From: Anaeromyxobacter sp.
Lineage (GTDB): Bacteria; Myxococcota; Myxococcia; Myxococcales; Anaeromyxobacteraceae
DNA: 64,000 bases
Direction: 5' to 3'
Assembly: GCA_049840735.1 (NCBI GenBank)
Contig: JASGJN010000007.1
Span: 192,001-256,000 of the forward strand
Each line of letters begins with the position of its first letter. The stretch's first letter is position 1. The notes beneath the pieces were generated by a model. It had not been told where the DNA came from, searched no databases, and was given only the letters and a program-made list of their open reading frames with translations. Of this stretch, positions 55,684 to 64,000 are shown piece by piece. The position numbers were made by a program, and so were the translations under genes.

Positions 55684-55989
55684 CCCAGGCCCCGCCCCAG
55701 CCCCGACGTGCTCCTGACCGAGCTGGCCGACGGCACGGGGGTGCTGCTGCACCTCCGCACCAAGTTCTATTACGCGCTCAACGCCACCGGCGTGGTGGTC
55801 TGGAAGCTGCTCGCCTCGGGCGAGGCGGCCACCCTCGAGGCGCTGGCCGCCGCCGTGGTCGCGCGCTTCCAGGGTGCCGAGGAGGCGCGGGCCCGCGCCG
55901 ACGTCTCGACGCTCCTGGCCGAGCTGCAGGACGAGGGGCTGCTCCTGCCGGCCGCGCCGGCCTCCGCCGCACCGGGCGAGGCGAGGTAG
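55684..55989 (+). CDS. PqqD family RiPP recognition element (RRE)
   Basis: PRPSPDVLLTELADGTGVLLHLRTKFYYALNATGVVVWKLL..ADVSTLLAELQDEGLL, a typical RRE pattern; start uncertain (55671-55708). Confidence 0.9.
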   Translation, partial: PRPRPSPDVLLTELADGTGVLLHLRTKFYYALNATGVVVWKLLASGEAATLEALAAAVVARFQGAEEARARADVSTLLAELQDEGLLLPAAPASAAPGEAR

Positions 55990-55992
55990 TCG

Positions 55993-57108
55993 GTGCCCAC
56001 CGCCACCCCGCCGGGCACCGCCGCCGCGCGACGCCTGGTGACGGCGTGCCTGGTGCGCTCCCACGCCCTGGAGCGCCTGGCGGAGGGCGGCGACTGGGAG
56101 GGCGCGCTCTCCCTGGCCAGCGCCCACGCCGTGGCCGAGCCGCTGGCCGACGTGGCCCTGGCGCTCCCGCCCGCGCCGTGCCGCCGGCGCTCCGCGAGCG
56201 GCTCTCCGAGCTGAGCGCGGCGGCGGCCGCCAAGAACGCGCTGCTGCTCAGCGACCTGGCGCGGGTCCAGGCGACGCTGCGGGCGGCGGGCGTCGCCTCC
56301 CGTGGCGATGAAGGGGACGGCGCTGCTGGCGTACGGCCACTACCGCTCGCCGGCGGCGCGCCACCTCTCCGACGTCGACCTGCTGGTTCGCCCGCGCGAC
56401 GTCCCGGCCGCGGTTGCGGCGCTCCGGGCCGCCGGCCTGGCCCCGCCCTCCGGCGCGCTCCCGGCCCTCGACGGCCGCTCCGACGCTCTGGGCCGCAACC
56501 CCGGCGATGCCCACCTGAAGCCGGTGGAGACCTGGTCCGGCGGGCTCCTGGAGCTGCACGATCGGCTGCCCGGCGGAGGGCCGCCGGCGGATGCGCTGAT
56601 CGCGGCCGCGGTCGAGGTGCGCTGGTCAGGCCAGCGCGTGGACGTCCCGGCGCTGGTCGACCTGGCCGGCATGCTCTGCCGCCACGCGCTGGTGGCCCAC
56701 GCCGAGGAGCCGCGCCTGCGGGCGCGCCACGTCGCCAATCTGGCGGCGCTCGCGCCGGCCGGCGTGGAGTGGGCCGCCGTGGGCCGGCGCTACGGCCGCG
56801 CCGTGGTGCGAGAGTCGCTGGCGCTGCTGGAGGCGGCCCGCGCCGAGGCGGAGGCCGGCACGCCGGCGCCGGCCCACCTGGCGCTGCTCGCGCCGGTGGG
56901 CGCAACCTACCGCGCCCGCGCCCGCTGGCGGCGGCTCCTCTCGCCGAGCGCGCCCTCGCTGCCGGCGCTCGCCCGCGCCCTCTTCCCGGCCCCGGGGTAC
57001 ATGCGCGCGCGCTACGGGCTTCCGGCCGACGCGCCCTGGTCGGCCATCTGGCACCTCTACCCGCGCCGCCTCCTCTCCGGCGCCTTCCGCTTCCTGGCGG
57101 GGCGATGA
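55993..57108 (+). CDS. Nucleotidyltransferase family protein (NTP_transf_5-like); frameshifts at ~56175 and ~56300
   Basis: DWEGALSLASAHAV; KNALLL; MKGTALL..YRSPAARHLSDVDLLVRP; LELH. Confidence 0.82.
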
Positions 57109-58067
57109 GGCGGTCCCTCCACGGGCTCGAGGTGCAGGTGACCGGCTCGCTCCCGGCCGCGCTGGTCGGTGAGCTGCTGGGCGGCTTCCCCGAGGGCGAC
57201 CCGGGGCGCCCGCCGGACCTGGTCATGGCGCTGGAGCCGGCGCGAGGCGCGCCTCCCCCCGGGCTCGAGCCGGTGTTCTGGTACGAGGGGCTGCGGGCCT
57301 ACCGCGACGCCGGCGGGGTGTGGCTGGCGCACGGCGACTCGACGGCCCGGCTCACGCAGGGCGGCGCGCGGATCGAGGTCGGGGTCGGCGCCGACGGTCA
57401 GCGTGGCGAGCACCTCTTCCAGCACCTGCTGGTCTTCACCGCGCTCCTGCGCGCCCTGTCGACCCGCGGCCTGCACCACCTCCACGCGGCAGGCCTGGTC
57501 CTGCCCACCGGGCGCACGGTGCTGGTCACCGGGACGGCCGGCTCGGGCAAGACCACGCTGGCGCTGGCGCTGCTCGAGGCCGGGCTCGGGTTCCTCGGCG
57601 ACGACGTGGTGCTGGTGGCCGAGCGCGCCGGCGCGCCGGCGCTGCTCGCGTTCCCGCGCACCTTCCACGTCGGCCCGGCCACCGCAGCGGCCAGCTCGGC
57701 CCGGGCGGCCCTGGTGGGCGCGCTGTACGGCGCGACCGACAAGCGCGAGCTCGACGCCGCCCGCGCCTTTCCTGGCCAGGCCCGCACCGCCGCCGCCGCG
57801 GCCGCGCTGGTCCTGCTCCCCGCGGTGACCGAGGCGGCGACGACCACGGTGGACCGCTGCTCGGGCGCTGACGCCCTGGTGGCGCTGCTCGAGTCGAGCG
57901 CCTACCTGGCGGTTGACGAGGAGCCGGTTGTGCGCGCCCGTGTCGCACTCCTGGCGGGGCTGGTGAGCGGTGCCCTCGCGTATCGGGTCCGTCTCGGCAG
58001 GGACATTCTGGAAACCCCTATGCAGGTGGCCAGAACGCTGTTGACGATATCCCCCGAACGAGGGTGA
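57105..58067 (+). CDS. HPr-kinase-like (HprK-related) Ser/Thr kinase
   Basis: LHAAGL, Walker A GTAGSGKTT, FLGDD, AFPR; ATGA overlap with the nucleotidyltransferase stop. Confidence 0.85.
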   Translation: MRRSLHGLEVQVTGSLPAALVGELLGGFPEGDPGRPPDLVMALEPARGAPPPGLEPVFWYEGLRAYRDAGGVWLAHGDSTARLTQGGARIEVGVGADGQRGEHLFQHLLVFTALLRALSTRGLHHLHAAGLVLPTGRTVLVTGTAGSGKTTLALALLEAGLGFLGDDVVLVAERAGAPALLAFPRTFHVGPATAAASSARAALVGALYGATDKRELDAARAFPGQARTAAAAAALVLLPAVTEAATTTVDRCSGADALVALLESSAYLAVDEEPVVRARVALLAGLVSGALAYRVRLGRDILETPMQVARTLLTISPERG

Positions 58068-58194
58068 TTCGCGTGCTTGCCCCGTGGATGCCCGGATTGA
58101 CCTGAACGCCCAAACGACCAATCGTGTGACCTCCAAGCAGCCTGGGGTTCGTGCGCCCTTTGGGCGTCCCGACCCACCTTTGGGGACCGTTCAC

Positions 58195-60600
58195 ATGCTC
58201 AGTTCCACGCGGCCGTCCTGGCTTCGACTCACGGTGATGTTCGGCGCCGCACTCGCACTCTCGGTAGGGTGCGCCAAGCAGCCGCCCAAGCAAGTGGTCC
58301 TGGCCGAGTTCCAGGGCACGGTCGATCCCACCACGGGCACGCTCAGCTTCGGGACCGACGACGCGGGCCCCCGGATGGTGGCGGTGATGGCGGGCTTCCC
58401 CACCATCGACAAGAACGGCCACGCCGGGACCGCGGCGCTGCCGAACAGCCTCGAGCTGGTGACGGAGCAGACCAGCACCTCGGCGGCGGACTGCGGCCGC
58501 CCCAACGCGTTCTGCGGCAAGGTGACGATCCGTTCCTTCTACGCCGGCAGCGAGATCCACAACCTGTACGTCCAGATCATCTCGATGACGCCCGGAACCG
58601 GCGCGCTCGGCTTCTCGAACTCGGCTCACCCGGCGATGGATCCCGTCGACGGGACGGCGGTCAACGCGAACTTCGGCCTCTGGGCCTACCCGGCGCTGCT
58701 GGACGGCGGCAACAACGATGGCACCTTCAGCGGCACCAGCACCGCCGGCGCCAACGCGGCCACGCGCTGGTGGTACTTCGACAACCTCACGCCGCAGCCG
58801 CACACGTTCGTGGCGCGCGTCATCGGCGAGCTCGTCACCCCTGCGGCGGACGCGACCGGCCTGGAGGCCACCTGCGGCTACGACGCGGCGGGCGCGAACG
58901 GGACCCGCCGGCAGCTGGACACCACCACCGACTGCGGCGAGTGCGGCCGGACCTCGGAGGGCACCGCCTGCAACTACGCGGTGACCGGCGGCTACCGCGA
59001 CAGCTCCTCGGCCGTCGAGTGGAGCGTGGGCGAGGGCGCGCTGTGCGAGATCGCCACCGCCTGCGACACCGCCGATGCCGCCGGCTATGTCTGCCGCGAC
59101 CTCGCGACGGACACCGCCAACTGCGGCGCCTGCGGGGTGACCTGCGGCGCCGGAGAGGTCTGCAACAGCGGCGTGTGCGAGGTGGCCTGCGCGGTGGGCC
59201 AGTCCGTGTGCAATAGCGCCTGCTGCCCCGCCGGTTCAGACTGCCTGTCCGGCACCTGCGTCCTGAGCGACGTCACCCAGTTCTCTGTCGGCACCGACCA
59301 CGCCTGCGCCATCACCACGGATTCACGGCTCTCCGCGATCACCTGGGTGGACAACGGCGCGGGGACGCCCACCACCACCAACAACGTGGTCTGCTGGGGC
59401 CAGAACCACCTCTCGAACTGGGGCAACCCGGTCTGGACCCGGGCGCTGGCCGCGCCGGAGCTCTTCCCCAACTTCGGGCAGTTCCACCTCAACGACGACA
59501 TGCGCGACGTGGCCAGCGGCTATCTCGACTCGCTGGCCTTCAGCGCAACCCCCGACATCTCGGTCCGCCGCTGGGGCAGCATGGCGGTGCTCGACTTCCA
59601 GAACGTGGTGGATGGCTGGCACACCCGCGGCACCAAGTCCGCCATCGGCGCGCACCATGGCTGCTCGCTGTTCAACTACCTCATCGGCGACGAGCTCATC
59701 GGCCCCAACCCCGAGGGCATCTACTGCTGGGGAGACAACGACGCCGGGCAGATCGGCAACGACGGCGATCCAGCGCTGTTCTGTGGCCCGGACGGGAACG
59801 GTATCATCGGCCAGGACCGGAGCACGATCTGCTTCCCGCTCTCGCTGACCGGCTTGAACTGGATCACCGGGGCCAGCGGCAGCGGGCTGACCGGGACGGA
59901 CATCGCTGCGGGCGGCGACACCACCTGCGTGGTCGAGGCGGCGCCAGGCTGTGCGCCGGACTTCGGTCAGTGCCACGGCGGCGGCCAAACCGCCGGCCGC
60001 GTGGCCTGCTGGGGCGACAACACCGACGGCAAGGCCGGCCAGGCCGCCGCCGGTCCGTTCTTCGCGCCGGTCGAGCTGCCCATCATCGACGGCACCACCC
60101 ACGTGGCGACGCAGGTCGCGGTCGGTGAGCACCACGGCGTGGCGCGGCTCTCCAGCGGCGCGCTCGCCTTCTGGGGGCGCAACGCCGAGGGCGAGCACGG
60201 CGACGGCAGCACCACCTCCACGGCCGGCCAGGTCGACATCGTCACCCCGGCCGTGCCCGCCGTCCAGGTCGCCGCCGGCGCCGACTTCACCTGCTACCTG
60301 GGCACCGACACCAACGTGTACTGCGCCGGCGCCAACGCCTATGGCCAGCTCGGCAACGGCACCACCGACCCGAGCACCGTGTTCGTCCAAGTGATCGGCC
60401 TCGGCGGCATCACCGCCATCAGCGCCGGCGGTGTGGGTCCTCCGGGCGGCCCGAACTACGGCTCCGCCTGCGCGCTCGACGGAGACGGCATCGTCTACTG
60501 CTGGGGCAACAACACGCAGGGCCAGCTCGGCCGCGGCGACACGACCAACAGCTCGCTCGCTGCGCCGGTCCAGGTCCCGTCCGTCCCCCCTCTCCCTTGA
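58195..60600 (+). CDS. Large lipoprotein with myxobacterial Cys-rich repeats and RCC1/BLIP-II-like beta-propeller
   Basis: Lipobox SVGC; DLATDTANCGACGVTC Cys-rich module; repeated HAC/HTC..CWGxNxxGQLG RCC1 repeats. Confidence 0.85.
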   Translation: MLSSTRPSWLRLTVMFGAALALSVGCAKQPPKQVVLAEFQGTVDPTTGTLSFGTDDAGPRMVAVMAGFPTIDKNGHAGTAALPNSLELVTEQTSTSAADCGRPNAFCGKVTIRSFYAGSEIHNLYVQIISMTPGTGALGFSNSAHPAMDPVDGTAVNANFGLWAYPALLDGGNNDGTFSGTSTAGANAATRWWYFDNLTPQPHTFVARVIGELVTPAADATGLEATCGYDAAGANGTRRQLDTTTDCGECGRTSEGTACNYAVTGGYRDSSSAVEWSVGEGALCEIATACDTADAAGYVCRDLATDTANCGACGVTCGAGEVCNSGVCEVACAVGQSVCNSACCPAGSDCLSGTCVLSDVTQFSVGTDHACAITTDSRLSAITWVDNGAGTPTTTNNVVCWGQNHLSNWGNPVWTRALAAPELFPNFGQFHLNDDMRDVASGYLDSLAFSATPDISVRRWGSMAVLDFQNVVDGWHTRGTKSAIGAHHGCSLFNYLIGDELIGPNPEGIYCWGDNDAGQIGNDGDPALFCGPDGNGIIGQDRSTICFPLSLTGLNWITGASGSGLTGTDIAAGGDTTCVVEAAPGCAPDFGQCHGGGQTAGRVACWGDNTDGKAGQAAAGPFFAPVELPIIDGTTHVATQVAVGEHHGVARLSSGALAFWGRNAEGEHGDGSTTSTAGQVDIVTPAVPAVQVAAGADFTCYLGTDTNVYCAGANAYGQLGNGTTDPSTVFVQVIGLGGITAISAGGVGPPGGPNYGSACALDGDGIVYCWGNNTQGQLGRGDTTNSSLAAPVQVPSVPPLP

Positions 60601-60632
60601 CATCCACCTGAAAACCGCGGGAAACCAGAATC

Positions 60633-60815
60633 ATGCGTGATGACCAGCAGGGCCGCCCCGAAGTGCCGGCGCACGCCGACCAGCGCCCGGCCTACGAGCC
60701 GCCGCGCATCGTGAAGCGGCGCTCGCTCACCCGCGTCACCGGCCAGGTGACCGGCACGACGCCGGGCGGAAACGGCACCACCGCCACCGGCCAGGACCTC
60801 ACCGGAGGCGGGTAA
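60633..60815 (+). CDS. Putative RiPP precursor peptide (60 aa; lasso-type leader, Thr/Gly-rich core)
   Basis: YEPPRIVKRRSLTRVTG fits YxxPxL-xxx-(G)-xxxxx-T-x spacing; lies co-oriented in an RRE/B2/rSAM cluster. Confidence 0.75.
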   Translation: MRDDQQGRPEVPAHADQRPAYEPPRIVKRRSLTRVTGQVTGTTPGGNGTTATGQDLTGGG

Positions 60816-60819
60816 GCGC

Positions 60820-61977
60820 TTGCGCCTCGCTCCCCTGCTGGCGGGCGTGCTGGCCCTCGCCGCCTGCCGCAGCGGCTCCAGCGCACCGCCGCCATGCGGC
60901 GAGCTGGGTGAGGCGTGCTGCGCCACAGGCGAGGCCTGCGGCACGGACCTCCGCTGCGACGCCGGCATCTGCCAGCCGTGCGGCGCGAGCGGCCAGGCCT
61001 GCTGCACCACCGGCGCTGCTTGCGGCGCCAGCCTGAACTGCGTCGCGTCGAGCTGCGAGCCCTGCGGCACCCAGGGGCTGGCCTGCTGCACCACCGGCCT
61101 CGCCTGCGGCGCGGGCCTGGAGTGTGCCGAGTCCACCTGCCTGGACGTCTGCCGGCTGGACAAGCCGGGGATCACCTGGCTGGCGTTCACCCACGTGAGC
61201 GGCGGCAACTACGACGTCGATCTGGTGCACGACGACGGCACCTGCCGCGTCCCCGCGGTGGCCGGCGCGGCCACCGACAACTTCCCCGCCTTCAGCCCGC
61301 CCGACCTGGGGCTGCTGGTCTTCTCCAGCACCCGCGGCGGCGCGCCTGGCCTCTACACCCGCGATCTCGCTGCGGGCACGGAGCAGGGCGTCCCGGTGGT
61401 GGGCGTCACCGCCACGGCACCTCGCTACTCACCCGACGGCATCTGGATCGCCTTCGAGGGCAAGGCGACGAGCGCCACGCGCACCGACGTCTACCGGGTG
61501 CTGCGGGTCGGCGGACAACCGATGGCGCTCACCGGGGCGCCGGGCAACAGCGCCGGTCCGGTCTACTCGCCCGACGGCAGCACCGTCTACTTGGTCTCCA
61601 ACCGCGCCGGCGCCTACCAGGTCTACGCCGTGGCCGCCGACGGAGGCACCGCCACGCTGGTCTCCGGGACCAGCGGCATCCAGGGCCGGCCCGCGCTCTC
61701 GCCCGACGGCACCCAGCTCGCGTTCACCCGCATCAACGCCTCCAGCGTGGCCGAGGTGGCGGTGAAGGATCTGGTCGGCGGCGGCGTGCGGGTGGTCTCG
61801 GCGCAGGGCGACGCCGATCCCTGCTTCGACGCCACCGGCGCCCGCCTGGCCGTGAGCAGCTCGCGCGGTGGCGACCACGCCATCTGGATCCTCGACGCCA
61901 GCGACGGCGGCAACGCGGTGCGCGTCACCACGCCGTCGGCCGGCGAGATCGACGGCCAGCCGGCCTTCAGGCCCTAG
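60820..61977 (+). CDS. Lipoprotein with three 28-aa 6-Cys repeats and a TolB-like PD40 beta-propeller
   Basis: Lipobox LAAC; PCGxxGxACC repeats at 60892-61143; PxxSPDG repeats. Confidence 0.85.
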   Translation: MRLAPLLAGVLALAACRSGSSAPPPCGELGEACCATGEACGTDLRCDAGICQPCGASGQACCTTGAACGASLNCVASSCEPCGTQGLACCTTGLACGAGLECAESTCLDVCRLDKPGITWLAFTHVSGGNYDVDLVHDDGTCRVPAVAGAATDNFPAFSPPDLGLLVFSSTRGGAPGLYTRDLAAGTEQGVPVVGVTATAPRYSPDGIWIAFEGKATSATRTDVYRVLRVGGQPMALTGAPGNSAGPVYSPDGSTVYLVSNRAGAYQVYAVAADGGTATLVSGTSGIQGRPALSPDGTQLAFTRINASSVAEVAVKDLVGGGVRVVSAQGDADPCFDATGARLAVSSSRGGDHAIWILDASDGGNAVRVTTPSAGEIDGQPAFRP

Positions 61978-61985
61978 GTCACCCC

Positions 61986-63042
61986 ATGTCGTGCAAATCG
62001 GGTCGTCTTCCACGTCACCGACCGCTGCCACCTGGACTGCGTCCACTGCCTGCGCGATCCGGCGAAGAAGCCGCTCGACGTCCCGCCCGAGCTGGTCGCG
62101 AAGGTCACGCGGCGGGCGCACCAGCTCTACGGCACGTCGCACGTCGGCCTGACCGGCGGCGAGCCGGTGCTGCACCCCGGCCTGGCCGGGATCCTGGACG
62201 CGATCGTGGCCGAGGGGTGCACCTGGCACGTGGTCACGAGCGGCGGTCACTTCGAGCGGCTCACCGCGCTCCTCGACCAGGATCCGCGCCGCCGCGAGGC
62301 GCTCACGGCCATCAACTTCAGCCTCGACGGACCGCGCGAGGAGGTGCACGACGCCATCCGCGGCCCGGGCGCCTTCCGGGCGGTCATGGCCGCCATGGCC
62401 CGCTGTCAGGCCGCCCACATCCCGTTCTCGGTCCAGACCGCGCTGAACGCGCTCAACGCCGACACGCTGGAGGAGCTGGGCATGGCGGTGGCGCACCTGG
62501 GCGCGAGCCAGCTGATGGTCGCCATGACCCAGCCGACGGGCACGCCTCGCGACCAGGCCCTGGCCCTGCCGCGCGGCGCCTGGGCCGGCGTCCGCGACAG
62601 GGCCGTCCGGCTGGCGGACACGCTCCGCATGCCCGTGGTGCTGTCCGAGGGCTTCCCGGAGACCACCCGGCTCCACGTCTGTGGCCCCTGGCGCCTCGAG
62701 ACCCTCCACGTCGATCCGCACGGCCGGCTCTCGATGTGCTGCCAGCTCTCGGGCACGCCGGGCGAGGACGTGGACGTGGTGGCCGACCTGGCCGAGTGCG
62801 ACCTGGCGGTGGCGGTGGAGCGGCTGCTGGGCCTGGTCCAGGCGCAGCAGCGCCGGCGCCTGGCCGAGATCACCGCCGGCCCAGGGGACGCCTGGGACGC
62901 CTTCCCCTGCAACACCTGCCTGCGCAGCCTTGGCAAGCCGCACTGGACCGACGCCGGCGCGGGCGGCCCGCAGGCCCGGCGCGAGCGGTTCGGCGTGGAG
63001 GTGCGCTGGCCGCTGCCGTCGCCCACGCCCGGCAAGCGCTGA
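61986..63042 (+). CDS. Radical SAM enzyme with SPASM/Twitch-like C-terminus; +1 frameshift at ~61995
   Basis: Frame upstream of the called ORF reads NRVVFHVTDRCHLDCVHC (CxxxCxxC, 62026-62049)..LTGGEP; FSLDG..HDAIRG; C-terminal C..HVDPHGRLSMCC..FPCNTC. Confidence 0.9.
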
Positions 63043-63147
63043 AGGGTCCGCGGCGTGTGGCGCGAGCGGGCGCCGAGCGTTGCGGCGACACGCACCGCGA
63101 GTGATGATGCCGGAGCCGCGCCCGCCGCGCTGACCTGATCGCCTCGC

Positions 63148-64000
63148 TCAGGCCGGGACCGGCCGGGCCTGGGCGCCCGGCGCGTGCCGGCGCAGGAACG
63201 CGGTCACCCTCGGCTGGACCAGCGCGCGGTGGGTGAAGATCGAGACGTGGTCGCCGCCCTCGACCTCCACCAGCTCGGCCCCGGGGATCCGCCCGGCCAG
63301 CTGCCGGGCGTGGCCGAAGTCCACCACGCTGTCCGCCGTGCCGTGCACCACCAGCGTGGGCGCGGTGATCCGCTCCAGCGCGTAGGTGGTGCTGCGGGTG
63401 ACCGCGATGTCGTTCTCCGTCCCATCCAGCCGCTGGGCCACCCGGTCCAGCGTGGAGTCGAGCAGGGCGCGGAGGAGCGGCCCCGCCTCCGGATCGCCCA
63501 GCGTGCGCGCCCGCAGGGCCGGGTCGGGGATGGAGCGCGAGGCGGCGCGATCGGGGTCCTGCGCGGCCTTGCGGCGCATCAGCTCGGTGAACCAGGCCCA
63601 GCGCATGAGCCGCTTGGTGAGCTGGAAGGAGAGCGGGATGCGGTTGTCCATGATCCCGGCGCAGGTGGAGACCAGCACCAGCCCCCAGCAGCGCGAGGGG
63701 TGGCGGATGGCCAGCTCCAGCGCCGCCGGGCCGCCGCCGGAGACGGCCATCACGGCGGCCTGCTCGACGCCCAGCGCGTCGAGCCCGGCCACCAGCAGGT
63801 CGGCCTGCGCGGCCGGCGAGCGCGCCGCGCCGAGCGGCGTGCCCAGGTAGCCGGGGCGCGAGGCGGCCAGGTAGCGGTAGCCGGCCTCGCCGACGGTCCG
63901 GGCCAGCAGGAAGGACTGATCGTGCCCGCCCATGGCGCCGTGCAGCGCCAGCACCGCCGGCCCCTGGCCGGAGGTGGAGAGCTCGAGCGGGCCGCGAGCG
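63148..64000 (-). CDS. Alpha/beta hydrolase (5' end beyond the window)
   Basis: LALHGAMGG, SRPGYLGT, AVSGGG nucleophile, HGTADSVV, GGDH. Confidence 0.85.
   Translation of the reverse strand, partial: ARGPLELSTSGQGPAVLALHGAMGGHDQSFLLARTVGEAGYRYLAASRPGYLGTPLGAARSPAAQADLLVAGLDALGVEQAAVMAVSGGGPAALELAIRHPSRCWGLVLVSTCAGIMDNRIPLSFQLTKRLMRWAWFTELMRRKAAQDPDRAASRSIPDPALRARTLGDPEAGPLLRALLDSTLDRVAQRLDGTENDIAVTRSTTYALERITAPTLVVHGTADSVVDFGHARQLAGRIPGAELVEVEGGDHVSIFTHRALVQPRVTAFLRRHAPGAQARPVPA

Noticed and set aside
52968..55763. 931-aa transposase
   Set aside because: Only the last ~234 aa are RAYT; the upstream part is shadow ORF plus a fragment of the DUF4136-like gene.
54648..58067. 1139-aa DUF4136-B2-kinase multidomain ORF
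   Set aside because: Separate genes share a stop-free frame because of frameshifts and high GC; the intervening stretches are off-frame.
55239..63042. Canonical lasso peptide or PQQ biosynthesis cluster
   Set aside because: No lasso cyclase and no ring-forming Asp/Glu in the core; no pqqB/pqqC and no ExxxY PqqA motif.

Overview
High-GC window whose gene content and Cys-rich lipoproteins suggest a myxobacterium (Anaeromyxobacter-like; inference). About a dozen otherwise intact genes carry single-base frameshifts, often in homopolymer runs. These are probably long-read indel errors, so several long ORFs in the track are artefactual fusions. Left to right: (1) a polysaccharide locus with two paralogous pectate-lyase-like genes, three glycosyltransferases, a GNAT and a putative glycoside-hydrolase-fold lipoprotein; (2) gloA, a DksA/TraR gene and fba; (3) a repeat-rich island with a G-tract, a ~41-bp tandem array, a REP-like element and an HNH nuclease gene whose 3' end carries another copy of the array unit; (4) housekeeping and metabolic genes (DrrAB-type ABC transporter, hppA, osmC, ZIP transporter, hybrid kinase, SPT/AONS-like enzyme, M3 peptidase, WS/DGAT, purL and others); (5) pgaBCD without pgaA; (6) a U32 protein, a RAYT transposase and two DUF4136-like lipoproteins; (7) the main find, an apparently uncharacterised RiPP-like cluster at 55.2-63.0 kb. 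It encodes a lasso-B2-type leader peptidase, PqqD/RRE, nucleotidyltransferase, HPr-kinase-like kinase, a large Cys-rich RCC1 lipoprotein, a 60-aa precursor with a YxxPxI...T leader and Thr/Gly-rich core, a Cys-rich TolB-like lipoprotein and a radical SAM/SPASM enzyme. No lasso cyclase is present. No rRNA, tRNA or true CRISPR array was seen.
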